A DNA stretch of 64,000 bases from Eledone cirrhosa (GCA_964016885.1 OZ024744.1:117738001-117802000), one strand, 5' to 3'. Numbered from the stretch's first letter, positions 1-14,284 are shown. Program-made: numbers and translations. The notes: generated by a model not told the origin, from the letters alone.

Positions 1-699
1 CTCATTTCTAGTACCAAACCCATAGCCTCCATGGATTTCGTCGTAGCCGTCACAATGTTGTCCAACGTGACCGTTTAGGTCGCCTGCAATAATTATATAG
101 TCACTGTCGGTTATTTGGGAGGTAGTGAGCATCAGTGTCTCATAGAATCTGTCTTTTATAGTGCTGGGCAGTGCGGATTGGGGTGCGTACGCGGATATTA
201 CTGTCACCATGGTTCTATTGAGGACAAGTCTTATTTTAATTATTCTGTCGTTCACTCTATTTACGTCTATTATCTTATCTGCCCACTTTTCTGCTACCAT
301 GATTCCTACCCCACCCAGCCCATTGTCGTTTCCCACCAAGAAAAGCTTATAGCATCGTTTTCTACCCACAATGAATCTAGCAGATCCACCCCTCCACCTG
401 GTCTCTTGAATACAACAAACATCGACCTCCTTACGTTCAAGCATTTCTACAACCTCGTTAGAGCGACCCTTTAAGGTGCCTACATTCAAGGTACCAAATC
501 TGAAGTTTTGGATTGCGTTTGGGGGGTGGGGAAGGTGGGGAGAGGGGGGAGATGGGGTTGTGTTAGCCATCCGCGGCCGAAACAAAGAGGCATGTTCGCA
601 TTCTCGTCCACGAGGTGTGTTTGTCTTTAACTTTGGCATTGTCGCTGAGCGTCCAGATTTTTCTCTCTTCAACTCTCCGGAACTCCGAAGTCCTTCCAT
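1..699 (-). CDS. RTE ORF N-terminus, APE endonuclease (partial; absent from the ORF track because there is no stop inside the window)
   Basis: In-frame ATGs at 699, 639 and 570; no stop down to position 1; GTLNV, QET, SAYAP and GDLN motifs present. Confidence 0.85.
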   Translation of the reverse strand, partial: MEGLRSSGELKREKSGRSATMPKLKTNTPRGRECEHASLFRPRMANTTPSPPSPHLPHPPNAIQNFRFGTLNVGTLKGRSNEVVEMLERKEVDVCCIQETRWRGGSARFIVGRKRCYKLFLVGNDNGLGGVGIMVAEKWADKIIDVNRVNDRIIKIRLVLNRTMVTVISAYAPQSALPSTIKDRFYETLMLTTSQITDSDYIIIAGDLNGHVGQHCDGYDEIHGGYGFGTRNE

Positions 700-1078
700 C
701 CTACATATCGAAGGCGACCAGGTAAGCGATAGTATAGGCCTCTGGCTTATGATTGGTCCACGTAATAATAATGGTGGTGCGTGGGGGCGGGAGGGAGGGG
801 TGTTGAGTTGTTAGCGAGAAGAATAGGTTTAAGTTAGATCCTAGTATTTAACGAACGTAAACAAAAATACAAGATTTGTTTAGCACGATACGCCAAAAAC
901 TTCCGTATCTTACAATCAGGACAAAATACAAGAGATTTGTTTTGGAAAATACAGGAGGAAATAGGTTTGGAAGGACTATGGAATAAGCGGATGTTAGAAA
1001 GCTAGAAAAATGAGTACATTACATTTTACCATGAAAGAGAATCTGCCACGAATTGGCGAAAGTGAGTTACTTTATCTT
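1..1078 (-). mobile_element. 5' end of an apparently full-length RTE-clade LINE (5' UTR plus start of APE endonuclease), running off the left edge
   Basis: Manual minus-strand translation is open from 810 to 1 (first ATG 699): FRFGTLNVGTLKGRSNEVVEMLERKEVDVCCIQETRWRGGSARF...TVISAYAPQ...IIAGDLNGHVG...HGGYGFGTRNE. These are APE motifs, homologous to the ORFs at 7.5 kb and 37.6 kb. About 380 bp of non-coding leader abuts the (TA)n tract. Confidence 0.9.
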
Positions 1079-1111
1079 ATATGTATATATATATATGTAT
1101 ATATATATATG

Positions 1112-1172
<61 letters not shown>

Positions 1173-1700
1173 GTATATATATATGTATATATATGTATAT
1201 ATATATGTATATATGTATATATATATATATGTATATATATATATGTATATGTATATATATGTATATGTATATATATATGTATATGTATATATATATGTAT
1301 ATATTTATATATATGTAGATATATATATATGTATATATATGTAGATATATATATATGTATATATATATGTATATATATATATATGTATATATATATGTAT
1401 ATATATATGTATATATATATGTATATATATATATATGTATATATATATGTATATATATATGTATATATATATGTATATATATATGTATATATATATGTAT
1501 ATATATATATATGTATATATATATGTATATATATATGTATATATATATGTATATATATATGTATATATATATGTATATATATATGTATATATATATGTAT
1601 ATATATATGTATATATATATGTATATATATATGTATATGTATATATATATGTATATGTATATATGTATATGTATATATACATATATATATACATATATAT
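1079..1700. repeat. Degenerate (TA)n / (TATATATATG)n microsatellite
   Basis: Direct reading. Confidence 0.98.
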
Positions 1701-2312
1701 TGTGTCAGGTCACCAGTTGGTGCTACTGGTAACATGTATCCCAGTACAACCTGTCCCATGGTCGGGTCGTTGGCGACTAAACTGGCAACCCCACCAAGGT
1801 TTCTTGGCGAGGAGGGTGGCTTTGGACATCCTGCAGGACTAAAAACAAAACCTGTCAAAGGGCAAAGAAGCTCTTTAGAGTCAATGGCCATCCAAAATCA
1901 CTGGGAGAAATGACCCCTTAGCCTTTGTCAAGGCAGAATTCTAGGAGAAGGAAAACTCTGATATAACACCTGCAACCCTGATGGTATCCAATGATGTTGA
2001 CTTGTTCTTCTTTTTGGTAAATATTATCTTGGTTAAGAGAGTGGGACTGGCTTTGTGCAGTGCCTTTGCTCACTATAAAAGCTTCACGGCACAGGCATTG
2101 CTTTATATCTGGAGATCTCTCTGCACTTGTCGTCACATGGTACCATGGGCCCAGCACTATGTGTCAATAATTGTCACAAGTGTAGTGTTTGTACCAGAGT
2201 TTTCAAGTCGCTGGCTGGACTAAAAAGTCACACTCGTTCAGCGCATCGGTAGGGGTTCTCCTACATGGATATAAAGTAATGGCCGTACTCGAAAACGAGT
2301 TGGCAGCCACCA
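1701..2312 (+). mobile_element. Short non-autonomous RTE derivative (5'-UTR-like half fused to the RTE C-terminal zinc finger and 3' end)
   Basis: CTAGGAGAAGGAAAACTCTGA motif typical of RTE 5' UTRs (recalled, not searched). 2181-2252 encodes [23 protein letters not shown], a C2H2 finger like the end of RTE-BovB-type ORFs. Terminal hairpin ACTCG-AAAA-CGAGT. Flanked by TA tracts. Confidence 0.6.
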
Positions 2313-3120
<808 letters not shown>

Positions 3121-3580
3121 TGAAACTGAAACTTTACTCACTCCAACGTCGCCGTGAGCGTTATATTATCTGCATGATGTGGAAAATGTTCCATCATCAC
3201 TGCCCAAATGATGTTGGCATCGCCTTCAAGATACACCCAAGGCTTGGGCCCCGTGCTATCCGTCCCATTCAAAAATCTAAATCGCAACTCATAACAACAA
3301 TACGGCACAATTATTTCACCTCAATCGGCCCTGCTCTCTTCAACATCACACCAGGACACGTCAAAACAGAAACTGACCACACAAAATTCAAGAAGTCTTT
3401 GGACAAATTCCTCCAAGTAATCCCGGACAAACCACCCACACCCGGATATGTCTCCGCAAACAGTAATTCTCTTCTCGAATGGGCCATGGTGCCCAAATCC
3501 TGAATTGAAAGACTTCGCCAGGTGGTGCTATTAAGTTAGACATGGCCTGGGCCAAAACATTTCAAAGTTATTCAAAGTTA
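3121..3580 (+). mobile_element. 3' fragment of a CR1/L2-group LINE
   Basis: Encodes [21 protein letters not shown]...GPALFN...FKKSLDKFL...PDKP up to the stop at 3503, homologous to the C-terminus at 26461-27162. Short 3' UTR ends in (TTCAAAGTTA)2. Confidence 0.8.
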
Positions 3581-3596
3581 TATGTGTATATATGTA

Positions 3597-3689
<93 letters not shown>

Positions 3690-3900
3690 GTATATATGTA
3701 TATATATATATGTATATATGTATATATATATATGTATATATATGTATATATATATATGTATATATATATATGTATATATGTATATGTATATATATGTATA
3801 TATATATATGTATATATGTATATGTATATATATGTATATATATATATGTATATATGTATATATATATATATATATGTATATATATGTATATATGTATATA

Positions 3901-3941
<41 letters not shown>

Positions 3942-4021
3942 GTATATATGTATATATATATATATATATGTATATATATGTATATATGTATATATATATA
4001 TGTATATGTGTATATATATAT
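3581..4021. repeat. Degenerate (TA)n microsatellite
   Basis: Direct reading. Confidence 0.98.
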
Positions 4022-4022
4022 G

Positions 4023-4357
4023 TTGTTATATTTGGGGAGGGTCATATTTGCGTAATATTGCCAGAATTAATAACAGAACACACTCACTGTTTGGTTGGTT
4101 TTCGCTTCTCGCTGTCTTTTATATATATATATCTGCGATCTAACTTACTCGGTCCTCAATGTTGCCATTGACTGACCGGCGGTCAAAAATAATACAGATA
4201 CAATATAGACAAACACATATATATATAGTTTACATAAATCTTTCGTTGCACATCTGCAACATCGTCAGTGGTGTTATATTCATTGTTCCTCCTGTTGTGT
4301 TGTATGTCTACGCCATTTTTTTTTTTTTTGTTCAGTCTGTCTCAATGACAGACTGAA

Positions 4358-4393
<36 letters not shown>

Positions 4394-4740
4394 GTAGACA
4401 TACAACACAACAGGAGGAACAATGAATATAACACCACTGACGATGTTGCAGATGTGCAACGAAAGATTTATGTAAACTATATATATATGTGTTTGTCTAT
4501 ATTGTATCTGTATTATTTTTGACCGCCGGTCAGTCAATGGCAACATTGAGGACCGAGTAAGTTAGATCGCAGATATATATATATAAAAGACAGCGAGAAG
4601 CGAAAACCAACCAAACAGTGAGTGTGTTCTGTTATTAATTCTGGCAATATTACGCAAATATGACCCTCCCCAAATATAACAATATCTGTTTCGACACACG
4701 ATTTCATATAAAAAACCTCGCAAAACTAATTCATCGCCGC
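4023..4740 (+). mobile_element. Fold-back insert, probable solo PLE pseudo-LTR with an inverted copy
   Basis: Arms 4023-4341 and 4347-4682 are reverse complements apart from T14 versus A31, with a 5-nt loop. The right arm extends to 4740 and carries a hammerhead-like core. Confidence 0.7.
4435..4472 (+). ncRNA. Degenerate minimal hammerhead-like motif (mirror copy on the - strand in the left arm)
   Basis: CA-CTGACGA-T-GTTGCA gatg TGCAAC-GAAA-GATT-TA-TG. The core and 6-bp helix II are good. Helix III AGAUUU is self-complementary only with G.U pairs, and helix I is only 2 bp. Confidence 0.45.
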
Positions 4741-4850
4741 TATATATATATGTATATATGTATATGTATATATGTATATATATATATATATGTATATGTA
4801 TATATATATGTATATATATGTATATATATATATGTATATATATATGTATA

Positions 4851-4891
<41 letters not shown>

Positions 4892-5234
4892 GTATATATA
4901 TGTATATATATGTATATATATGTATATATATATATATATATATATGTGTGTATATGTATGTATGTATATATATGTGTGTATATGTATGTATGTATATGTA
5001 TGTATGTATATATATATATGTATGTATATGTATGTATATATATATATGTATGTATATATATGTATATATATATGTATGTATATATATGTATATATATATG
5101 TATGTATATATATGTATATATATATATGTATGTATATATATGTATATATATATATGTATGTATATATATGTATATATATATGTATGTATATTTATGTATA
5201 TATATTTATGTATGTATATATATGTATATATATT

Positions 5235-5293
<59 letters not shown>

Positions 5294-5364
5294 GTATATA
5301 TATATATGTATGTATATATATGTATATATGTATATATATATATATATATGTATGTATATATATG

Positions 5365-5396
<32 letters not shown>

Positions 5397-5514
5397 TATA
5401 TAGGTATATATATATATGTATATATATATATGTATATATATATAGGTATATATATATATGTATATATATATATGTATATATATATATGTATATATATATA
5501 TGTATATATATATG

Positions 5515-5545
<31 letters not shown>

Positions 5546-5560
5546 GTATATATATATATG

Positions 5561-5615
<55 letters not shown>

Positions 5616-5692
5616 GTATATATATGTATATATATATATGTATATATATATATATGTATATATATGTATATATATATATATGTATATATATG

Positions 5693-5739
<47 letters not shown>

Positions 5740-5758
5740 ATATATGTATATATATATG

Positions 5759-5805
<47 letters not shown>

Positions 5806-5824
5806 ATATATGTATATATATATG

Positions 5825-5859
<35 letters not shown>

Positions 5860-5924
5860 GTATATATAGATGTATATATATATGTATATATATATATATA
5901 TATATAGATGTATATATAGATGTG

Positions 5925-5956
<32 letters not shown>

Positions 5957-5980
5957 TAGATGTATATATATATGTATATA

Positions 5981-6012
<32 letters not shown>

Positions 6013-6058
6013 GATGTATATATATATGTATATATATATGTATATATATATGTATATA

Positions 6059-6110
<52 letters not shown>

Positions 6111-6158
6111 TAGATGTATATATATATGTATATATATATGTATATATATATGTATATA

Positions 6159-6208
<50 letters not shown>

Positions 6209-6218
6209 GATGTATATA

Positions 6219-6256
<38 letters not shown>

Positions 6257-6263
6257 TGTATAT
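4741..6263. repeat. Degenerate (TA)n microsatellite, about 1.5 kb
   Basis: Direct reading. Confidence 0.98.
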
Positions 6264-7366
6264 ATCATCATCATCATCATCATCATTTTACGTCCGCTTT
6301 TCCCTGCTTGCAAGGGTGGGACGGGTCTTATTCAGCACAGCATCTCTCCACTCGTCACGGTCCCTCGTCATCTCCACCGTGAGCTTCAATGATCTGAGGT
6401 CTGTTCTCACCACCTCCGCCCATGTTTTTCGTGGTCTACCTCTACCACGTCTTCCTTCAACTGGCATGTCCTGGCACTTCTTCACCCATCGGTCATCCTC
6501 CATGCGCATCACATGTCCATACCACCTCAGTCTCCTCTCCCGTACACTACATTCTATCCCTCTCAGACACAGTTTCTCTCTCAACACATTTATGCTGGGT
6601 CGTTCACGCACATTTACACTGCACATCCAACGGAGCATGCTTGCCTCATTTCTCTCCAGCCGTCGCATATCTTCTGCGGTAGCTGCCCATGTCTCACTAC
6701 CATGCAGCATCGCGCTCCTCACACAGGCATCATACAACCGGCCTTTCGTACGCAGGGAGAAACCCTTCTTCGTCAACAGAGGAAGCAGCTCCCTAAACTT
6801 CTTCCAACCCGTCCTTATTCTAGATACTATGGCCTCGGAACACCCTCCTCCCATGCTAATCTGATCTCCTAGGTACCGGAAGCTATCCACCACTTCTATA
6901 GCGCCCTCTCGCATTTGAAAAATGTGTCTATCAGTGCGACTTCTACTGTCTAATTTCCCTGTACATCTACTGCATACATATTTCTCCCTACCTGTTAGTT
7001 TGCCTGCTATCCCGCTACATCTCTTGTGTACCCAGGACCTACATTGTGTGCATTTTATAGAATTTATGCCAGTTCCTTTTCTGCATATCGAACATGGCCA
7101 TTTCCCTGACGGAATCAGGGTTTTGTCCTCTTTTCTACTCATCAACACTTTTGTCTTAGCTAGATTTACTCTCAGTCCTCTTGCTTCCAACTGCTGTTTC
7201 CATAGCCGGAATTTATTCTCTAGCTCCTCTACTGATTCTGCCATAAGAGCCAGATCGTCAGCATAGAGAAGTTCCCATGGACAGCCAGTCTTAAACTCCT
7301 CTGTTATGGCTTGGAGGACTATAATGAACAAGAGCGGGCTGAGGACCGAACCCTGATGTACTCCTA
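6264..7366 (-). mobile_element. 5'-truncated RTE LINE, family A (3' 1.1 kb)
   Basis: Reverse complement of 9265-10368 with about 5 substitutions seen; [14 protein letters not shown] and PHD motifs; (ATG)n tail. Confidence 0.95.
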
Positions 7367-7372
7367 TATATG

Positions 7373-7420
<48 letters not shown>

Positions 7421-7518
7421 GATGCATATATATATGTATATATATGTATATATAGATGTATATATATATATGTATATATAGATGTATATATAGATGTATA
7501 TATATATGTATGTATATA

Positions 7519-7565
<47 letters not shown>

Positions 7566-7568
<3 letters not shown>

Positions 7569-10343
7569 GTTGTAGGTAGGAGACTACTGACAATCATCTC
7601 GGTCTATGCTCCCCAAGCAGGCCTAGGCAAAGATGAGAAAGACTGCTTTTATGAGCAACTTTTGCAAACAACCACAATGACAGAGGACGGAGACATCGTT
7701 ATGCTAGCAGGAGACTTCAATGGTCATGTTGGACAGCTCCAGGATGGTTACACTGGGGTACATGGTGGGCACGGTTACGGTTCAAGAAATGAAGAAGGAG
7801 TGAGACTTCTTGAATTTTGTGATGCAAGTACATTGACTATTTGCAACACAAACTTCCAGAAACCTGCCAATCACCTAATAACCTACAAATCTGGTGAGCA
7901 CATAAGCCAGATTGACTTCCTGCTAGTTAGGCAGCGGGACAGGCAGATAGTGTCTAATACCAAGGCATACCCTGGGGAAGAATGTACCCCACAGCATAGG
8001 TTAGTTGTTAGTGATATCTCAGTAAGCAAGAGATGGAATGAGACATATAGGAAGGTGTGGAGAAGAAAGGTCTGGAAGCTAAAAGACCTTTCATTAAAAT
8101 TCAAATTTAGGAAAGCCCTTCAAGATGTATATGACGAAAAAGAAGACGATTTAGAGACGTATGACATAGATAATAACTGGAAGTTCTTACGTGACAACTT
8201 GCTGAAGGCTACTGATGAAACCTGTGGCTGGAGCAGAGCTCCAACCAGACAGAGAGTGACCTGGTGGTGGAACAGCAGTGTAGATAAGGCTATTAGAGAC
8301 AAAAGACTAGCATGGAAGGCTTGGAATAAGGGTGGGAGTAGGGAAGAATATACAGCCACTAAGAGAGAAGCTAGACGTCAGGTGTACTTAGCACGCAGGG
8401 AGGCAGAGAGTAGGAGGTTTGCCAATGTTCTGCGACGGGAAGATCAGAGGCGTGCGGTGTTCCACATTGCAAGGCAGTGTGTCAATGCAAATCAGGATGT
8501 TGTTGGTGATAAATGTGTCCGGGATGATGCCGGTGTACTTAGTGTCACGAATGACCAGAAAAAGGTGGCCTGGAAATGTCATTATGAGAGACTGATGAAT
8601 GTGGAGAACGAATGGGAGAGAGAGAAATTACCCTTGGTAGATCCGACAGAGGGACCAGCTATTGAGATTGACGAATATAGGGTCCAAGAGGCGATTAGGG
8701 AAATGAAAAATGGTAAGGCGGCCGGACCATCGGGAATAGTTGCTGAGATGCTGAAGGCATCAGGGGACGTAGGCACTAAACTGGTTGCACGCATAATCAA
8801 TCAGGCTATATATGGTGGTGTCATACCCAAAGACTGGTGCAGCAGTATTCTCATAAATTGCTACAAAGGTAAAGGGGATGCTTTGGAGAGGAGCAATTAT
8901 AGGGGTATAAAACTGATAGATCAGGTTATGAAAGTGGCAGAAAGGATTTTAGCACAACTAATTAGAGAAAGGGTCAAACTAGATGAGATGCAGTTTGGTT
9001 TTGTGCCTGGGAAGAGTACAACAGATGCCCTCTTCTTGGTGAGACAAATGCAAGAGAGGTTCTTAGAGAAGAATAAGCCACTATACTTAGCCTTTGTTGA
9101 CCTAGAGAAGGCCTTTGATAGGGTACCCCGATCTGTCATCTGGTGGTCCCTAAGGAAGCTGGGTGTTGAGGAATGGCTTGTAAGGACAGTGCAAACTTTG
9201 TACAGAGGTACTCTCAGTAAAGTCAGGGTAGGAATGGAGTTTAGTGAGGAATTCCAGATACAAGTAGGAGTACATCAGGGTTCGGTCCTCAGCCCGCTCT
9301 TGTTCATTATAGTCCTCCAAGCCATAACAGAGGAGTTTAAGACTGGCTGTCCATGGGAACTTCTCTATGCTGACGATCTGGCTCTTATGGCAGAATCAGT
9401 AGAGGAGCTAGAGAATAAATTCCGGCTATGGAAACAGCAGTTGGAAGCAAGAGGACTGAGAGTAAATCTAGCTAAGACAAAAGTGTTGATGAGTAGAAAA
9501 GAGGACAAAACCCTGATTCCGTCAGGGAAATGGCCATGTTCGATATGCAGAAAAGGAACTGGCATAAATTCTATAAAATGCACACAATGTAGGTCCTGGG
9601 TACACAAGAGATGTAGCGGGATAGCAGGCAAACTAACAGGTAGGGAGAAATATGTATGCAGTAGATGTACAGGGAAGTTAGACAGTAGAAGTCGCACTGA
9701 TAGACACATTTTTCAAATGCGAGAGGGCGCTATAGAAGTGGTGGATAGCTTCCGGTACCTAGGAGATCAGATTAGCATGGGAGGAGGGTGTTCCGAGGCC
9801 ATAGTATCTAGAATAAGGACGGGTTGGAAGAAGTTTAGGGAGCTGCTTCCTCTGTTGACGAAGAAGGGTTTCTCCCTGCGTACGAAAGGCCGGTTGTATG
9901 ATGCATGTGTGAGGAGCGCGATGCTGCATGGTAGTGAGACATGGGCAGCTACCGCAGAAGATATGCGACGGCTGGAGAGAAATGAGGCAAGCATGCTCCG
10001 TTGGATGTGCAGTTTAAATGTGCGTGAACGACCCAGCATAAATGTGTTGAGAGAGAAACTGTGTCTGAGAGGGATAGAATGTAGTGTACGGGAGAGGAGA
10101 CTGAGGTGGTATGGACATGTGATGCGCATGGAGGATGACCGATGGGTGAAGAAGTGCCAGGAAATGCCAGTTGAAGGAAGACGTGGTAGAGGTAGACCAC
10201 GAAAAACATGGGCGGAGGTGGTGAGAACAGACCTCACATCATTGAAGCTCACGGTGGAGATGACGAGGGACCGTGACGAGTGGAGAGATGCTGTGCTGAA
10301 TAAGACCCGTCCCACCCTTGCAAGCAGGGAAAAGCGGACGTAA
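7566..10343 (+). CDS. RTE APE-RT polyprotein with PHD finger insertion (5'-partial; the start in the ORF track lies in the microsatellite)
   Basis: [23 protein letters not shown] (APE); [39 protein letters not shown] (RT); RRLRWYGH and GRPRKTW (RTE C-terminus). Confidence 0.93.
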
Positions 10344-10368
10344 AATGATGATGATGATGATGATGATG
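7567..10368 (+). mobile_element. 5'-truncated RTE LINE, family A
   Basis: Uninterrupted ORF from mid-APE through the RT. The stop at 10343 is followed directly by the (ATG)n tail. TA tracts on both sides. Confidence 0.97.
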
Positions 10369-10377
10369 TATATATAT

Positions 10378-10724
10378 ATCATCATCATCATCATCATTTC
10401 ATTTTACGTCGCTTTTTCCCTGCTTGCAAGGGTGGGACGGAAATTGATTCTGGCTTGATTTCTACAGCTGGATGCCCTTCCTAACACCAACCTCATTTAC
10501 AGTGAGTGCTGGGTGCTTTTTTGCCGTGGCACCTCCACGGCCACTTTACAGTGGAATGATATGGACCCCAGTCCCTATCAGCTCATTTCTACAGCTGAGT
10601 AAACTGGAGCAATGTGAAATAAAGTGTCTTGCTCAAGGAAACAACACATCACCCGGTCTGGGAATTGAACTCACAACCTTTCGATTGCAAGGCCAATGCT
10701 CTAACCACTAAGCCATGTGCCTCC
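10378..10724 (-). mobile_element. tRNA-derived CORE-type SINE with RTE family A 3' tail
   Basis: Minus strand has A box TGGCTTAGTGG, B box GTTCAATTCC and CORE-like CCTTGAGCAAGACACTT. The last about 45 nt match the family A terminus, followed by an (ATG)n tail. Confidence 0.88.
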
Positions 10725-10725
10725 G

Positions 10726-11400
<675 letters not shown>

Positions 11401-13766
11401 CTATCTAAGGCGGGTAAAATTCCCGAGATCCATGGACGAGCTCTCTCCAGCGGTCTCTGTCCCTCATTATCGCTGCCATGTCCTGCGTCTCCAACAGACC
11501 AGTGTCTGTCCTTAGGGCATCAACATATGTTAACCTTGGTCTTCCTCTTCCAGTGTGTCCATGTAGGGGCTCCCAAAGGAGCACGGAGTGCAATGTCAAC
11601 TCTGGATGTCGGTGAGCATGTCCAGCCAACCTCAGTCTCCTCTGTGTCACTTTTGAGCTGACTTTTGGGAGGCTCCCATACAGCTCTGAGTTTTTCATCC
11701 TCAGTGTATACTGATTAATGTTCAGAGCCATCCTCAGCATTCTCGTGTAGCACCCATCCACCATCTGAGTGAGTCTCTTGGTCAGTGTCCAAGTCTCAGA
11801 CCCATACAGCAGCACAGACTCCACTACAGCAATGAAGAGGCGGATTTTCAGGTCTCTACGAAGGTCCGACTTCCACACCGATCTCAAGCTGTGGCACGCC
11901 GCCCAGGCCTTGCTCTTCCTCTCAACCACATCATCTTCCGTATTCCCAATCTTTGCTCCCAAATACAGGAAGTCCTCAACCAATTCCAGCGGCTTCCCGC
12001 CTACATTAGTGATCCCCTCTGGCTTCTCAACATTCTCTACCAGATATTTTGTTTTAGTCTCATTCATTCTCAGCCCCACACTCATCGACACAGTCTCAAC
12101 CTCCCGCATCAAATCCTCTGCCTCCTTCACTGTATTTGTCACCAAAACTATGTCGTCGGCAAATTCAGCATCCGATACCTTTTTCGCCCCAACTCTCCTG
12201 CTCTGAGCCGGTGCTACAGTAAAGCCAGAGTCCTGGTGTTTCTCCAGTGCAAGGCGCATACAATAGTCCACTACGATGACAAAAAGGTAGGGAGCCAATG
12301 TATCTCCCTGGAGCACTCCAGCCAGTATCTCAAAGAACTCTGTCATCCCATCAGGTGTAATGACTTGGGCTTTGGTGTTGGTGTAGAGCAGTGATATCAG
12401 GTCCACTATCTTCTTGGGGATTCCATAAGCCTGTAAGATCTTCATCAGGCAGTAACGGTCCACAGAATCAAAGGCCTTCCTAAAGTCAATGAAAACCATG
12501 ACCGCAGGAAGGCACTTTGCTCTAGCTCCCTCTAATATCCTCCTCAGCATCAGGATGTGACTGGTGGTTGATCTACCCTCTCTGAAGCCGTTCTGGTTGT
12601 CCCTGAGCTTCTTCTCCATCTCAGGCTGGATCCTGTTAAGAATCATCCTGTTGAGGGTCTTTGCCACAAGTGACGTCAGTGAGATCCCCCGGTAGTTGTT
12701 GGTGTTAGAGAGATCTCCCTTCTTTGGCACTGGGACGATGTTACTGATCCTCCACTGATTCGGGGCAACTCCTTTCTCCAGTGCCCCGTTACAGAACCCC
12801 AGGATGATATCATCAAAATCACACCACTTCATCACCTCTGATGCTACTCCATCTTCTCCATGAGCCTTGCCCTCCTTGATCTTCTTCTTGGCTCTCTGAA
12901 GCTCCTCTCTGGTGAAGGGCTCTGTCTCAACATCCAGTTCCTCAAACAGCCGCCTGATCTCCCCAGTGCTCTGGGCTGTGGAGGGTGGCTCTCCTAGTAG
13001 GGTCCTAAAATGGTCTAGCCATTTCCTCTTCCTATCCTCGGGCCCCGTTCCCTGGATCTGACTCGAACACCTTTTCTTCCTCCCTGTGATCTCGTTGATG
13101 ATCATCCAGCTCTCCTTACATCCAGATCTGTCAACCGCTCTCTCCACACTTCTGATCTTCTCTATCAGTGCCTCCTCTCTGACCTCAGTGTAAGCGGTAC
13201 AGAGCTCTTCCCTCATCACCTCCACAGTCTCCATCCTCTCCTCCGTAGGATCAGCATAGAATTGGTCCCTGGCAGCTTTCAGGTGTTCTCTGGCTGCACA
13301 CACTTTTGGGTCTGCAGAGCTGACGTGCTTCCCTTTGTTCTTTTTCCTCGGCACCAGGGTTTCACTTGCTTTCGCCACTGCATTGGTGAAGTGCCCGTAC
13401 CTCCTCGTCACACTCTCCTCAGTCCATCCAATCTCTCTCTCCTCTGACTCTCCACACAGAGCACTAAACCTGTTTCTCACTTCCACTGTGAACCTCTCCT
13501 GTAGCTTATCATCTTCCTTGAAAGCTCCCCAGTCATAGATTGTTCTCCGGGGCTGAGCCTTGCTCTTTCTTAAGCTCACGCGGACCTCACTCATAACAAG
13601 CCGGTGGTCACTACCCAGTGTACTGAAATAGCTGTATGGTTCCGTGTTCAGAACACTATTCCGCCACTTTTTCCTCACCAGAATGAAATCAATCTGGGAC
13701 TTGGACAGGTGCATATCTGAGATGTAGGTCCACATCTTCCCCAGATTCTTCCTAAACCTTAGGTTG
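11401..13766 (-). mobile_element. 5'-truncated RTE-group LINE of a different lineage (FADD, no PHD finger)
   Basis: 776-aa intact ORF 11405-13735 whose frame continues to about 13765. Motifs [61 protein letters not shown]. The stop runs straight into TAGATA, with no 3' UTR. Confidence 0.92.
11405..13735 (-). CDS. APE (C-terminal end) plus reverse transcriptase, partial
   Basis: ORF track; RT motifs as listed for the element. Confidence 0.9.
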   Translation of the reverse strand: MWTYISDMHLSKSQIDFILVRKKWRNSVLNTEPYSYFSTLGSDHRLVMSEVRVSLRKSKAQPRRTIYDWGAFKEDDKLQERFTVEVRNRFSALCGESEEREIGWTEESVTRRYGHFTNAVAKASETLVPRKKNKGKHVSSADPKVCAAREHLKAARDQFYADPTEERMETVEVMREELCTAYTEVREEALIEKIRSVERAVDRSGCKESWMIINEITGRKKRCSSQIQGTGPEDRKRKWLDHFRTLLGEPPSTAQSTGEIRRLFEELDVETEPFTREELQRAKKKIKEGKAHGEDGVASEVMKWCDFDDIILGFCNGALEKGVAPNQWRISNIVPVPKKGDLSNTNNYRGISLTSLVAKTLNRMILNRIQPEMEKKLRDNQNGFREGRSTTSHILMLRRILEGARAKCLPAVMVFIDFRKAFDSVDRYCLMKILQAYGIPKKIVDLISLLYTNTKAQVITPDGMTEFFEILAGVLQGDTLAPYLFVIVVDYCMRLALEKHQDSGFTVAPAQSRRVGAKKVSDAEFADDIVLVTNTVKEAEDLMREVETVSMSVGLRMNETKTKYLVENVEKPEGITNVGGKPLELVEDFLYLGAKIGNTEDDVVERKSKAWAACHSLRSVWKSDLRRDLKIRLFIAVVESVLLYGSETWTLTKRLTQMVDGCYTRMLRMALNINQYTLRMKNSELYGSLPKVSSKVTQRRLRLAGHAHRHPELTLHSVLLWEPLHGHTGRGRPRLTYVDALRTDTGLLETQDMAAIMRDRDRWRELVHGSREFYPP

Positions 13767-13799
<33 letters not shown>

Positions 13800-13838
13800 G
13801 TATATATATATATGTATATGTATATGTATATATATATG

Positions 13839-13889
<51 letters not shown>

Positions 13890-13974
13890 GTATATATATA
13901 TGTATATATATATGTATATATATATGTATATATATATGTATATATATATGTATATATATATGTATATATATATG

Positions 13975-14007
<33 letters not shown>

Positions 14008-14070
14008 GTATATATATATATGTATATATATATGTATATATATATGTATATATATATGTATATATATATG

Positions 14071-14105
<35 letters not shown>

Positions 14106-14138
14106 GTATATATATGTATATATATATGTATATATATG

Positions 14139-14169
<31 letters not shown>

Positions 14170-14170
14170 G

Positions 14171-14203
<33 letters not shown>

Positions 14204-14284
14204 GTATATATGTATGTATATATATATATATATATATATGTATATGTATGTATATATATATATATATATATATGTATATGTATG

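Noticed and set aside
115-814. Plus-strand ORFs of 119, 63 and 112 aa
   Set aside because: Antisense shadows of the minus-strand RTE endonuclease frame.
1740-1786. HDV-like ribozyme (CCAGT/ACTGG P2, CTAA junction)
   Set aside because: L3 would be only 3 nt and no P1 partner is found; a decayed twister fits better.
10650-10724. tRNA gene
   Set aside because: A and B boxes are present, but the acceptor and anticodon stems do not pair and the sequence continues into a SINE body.
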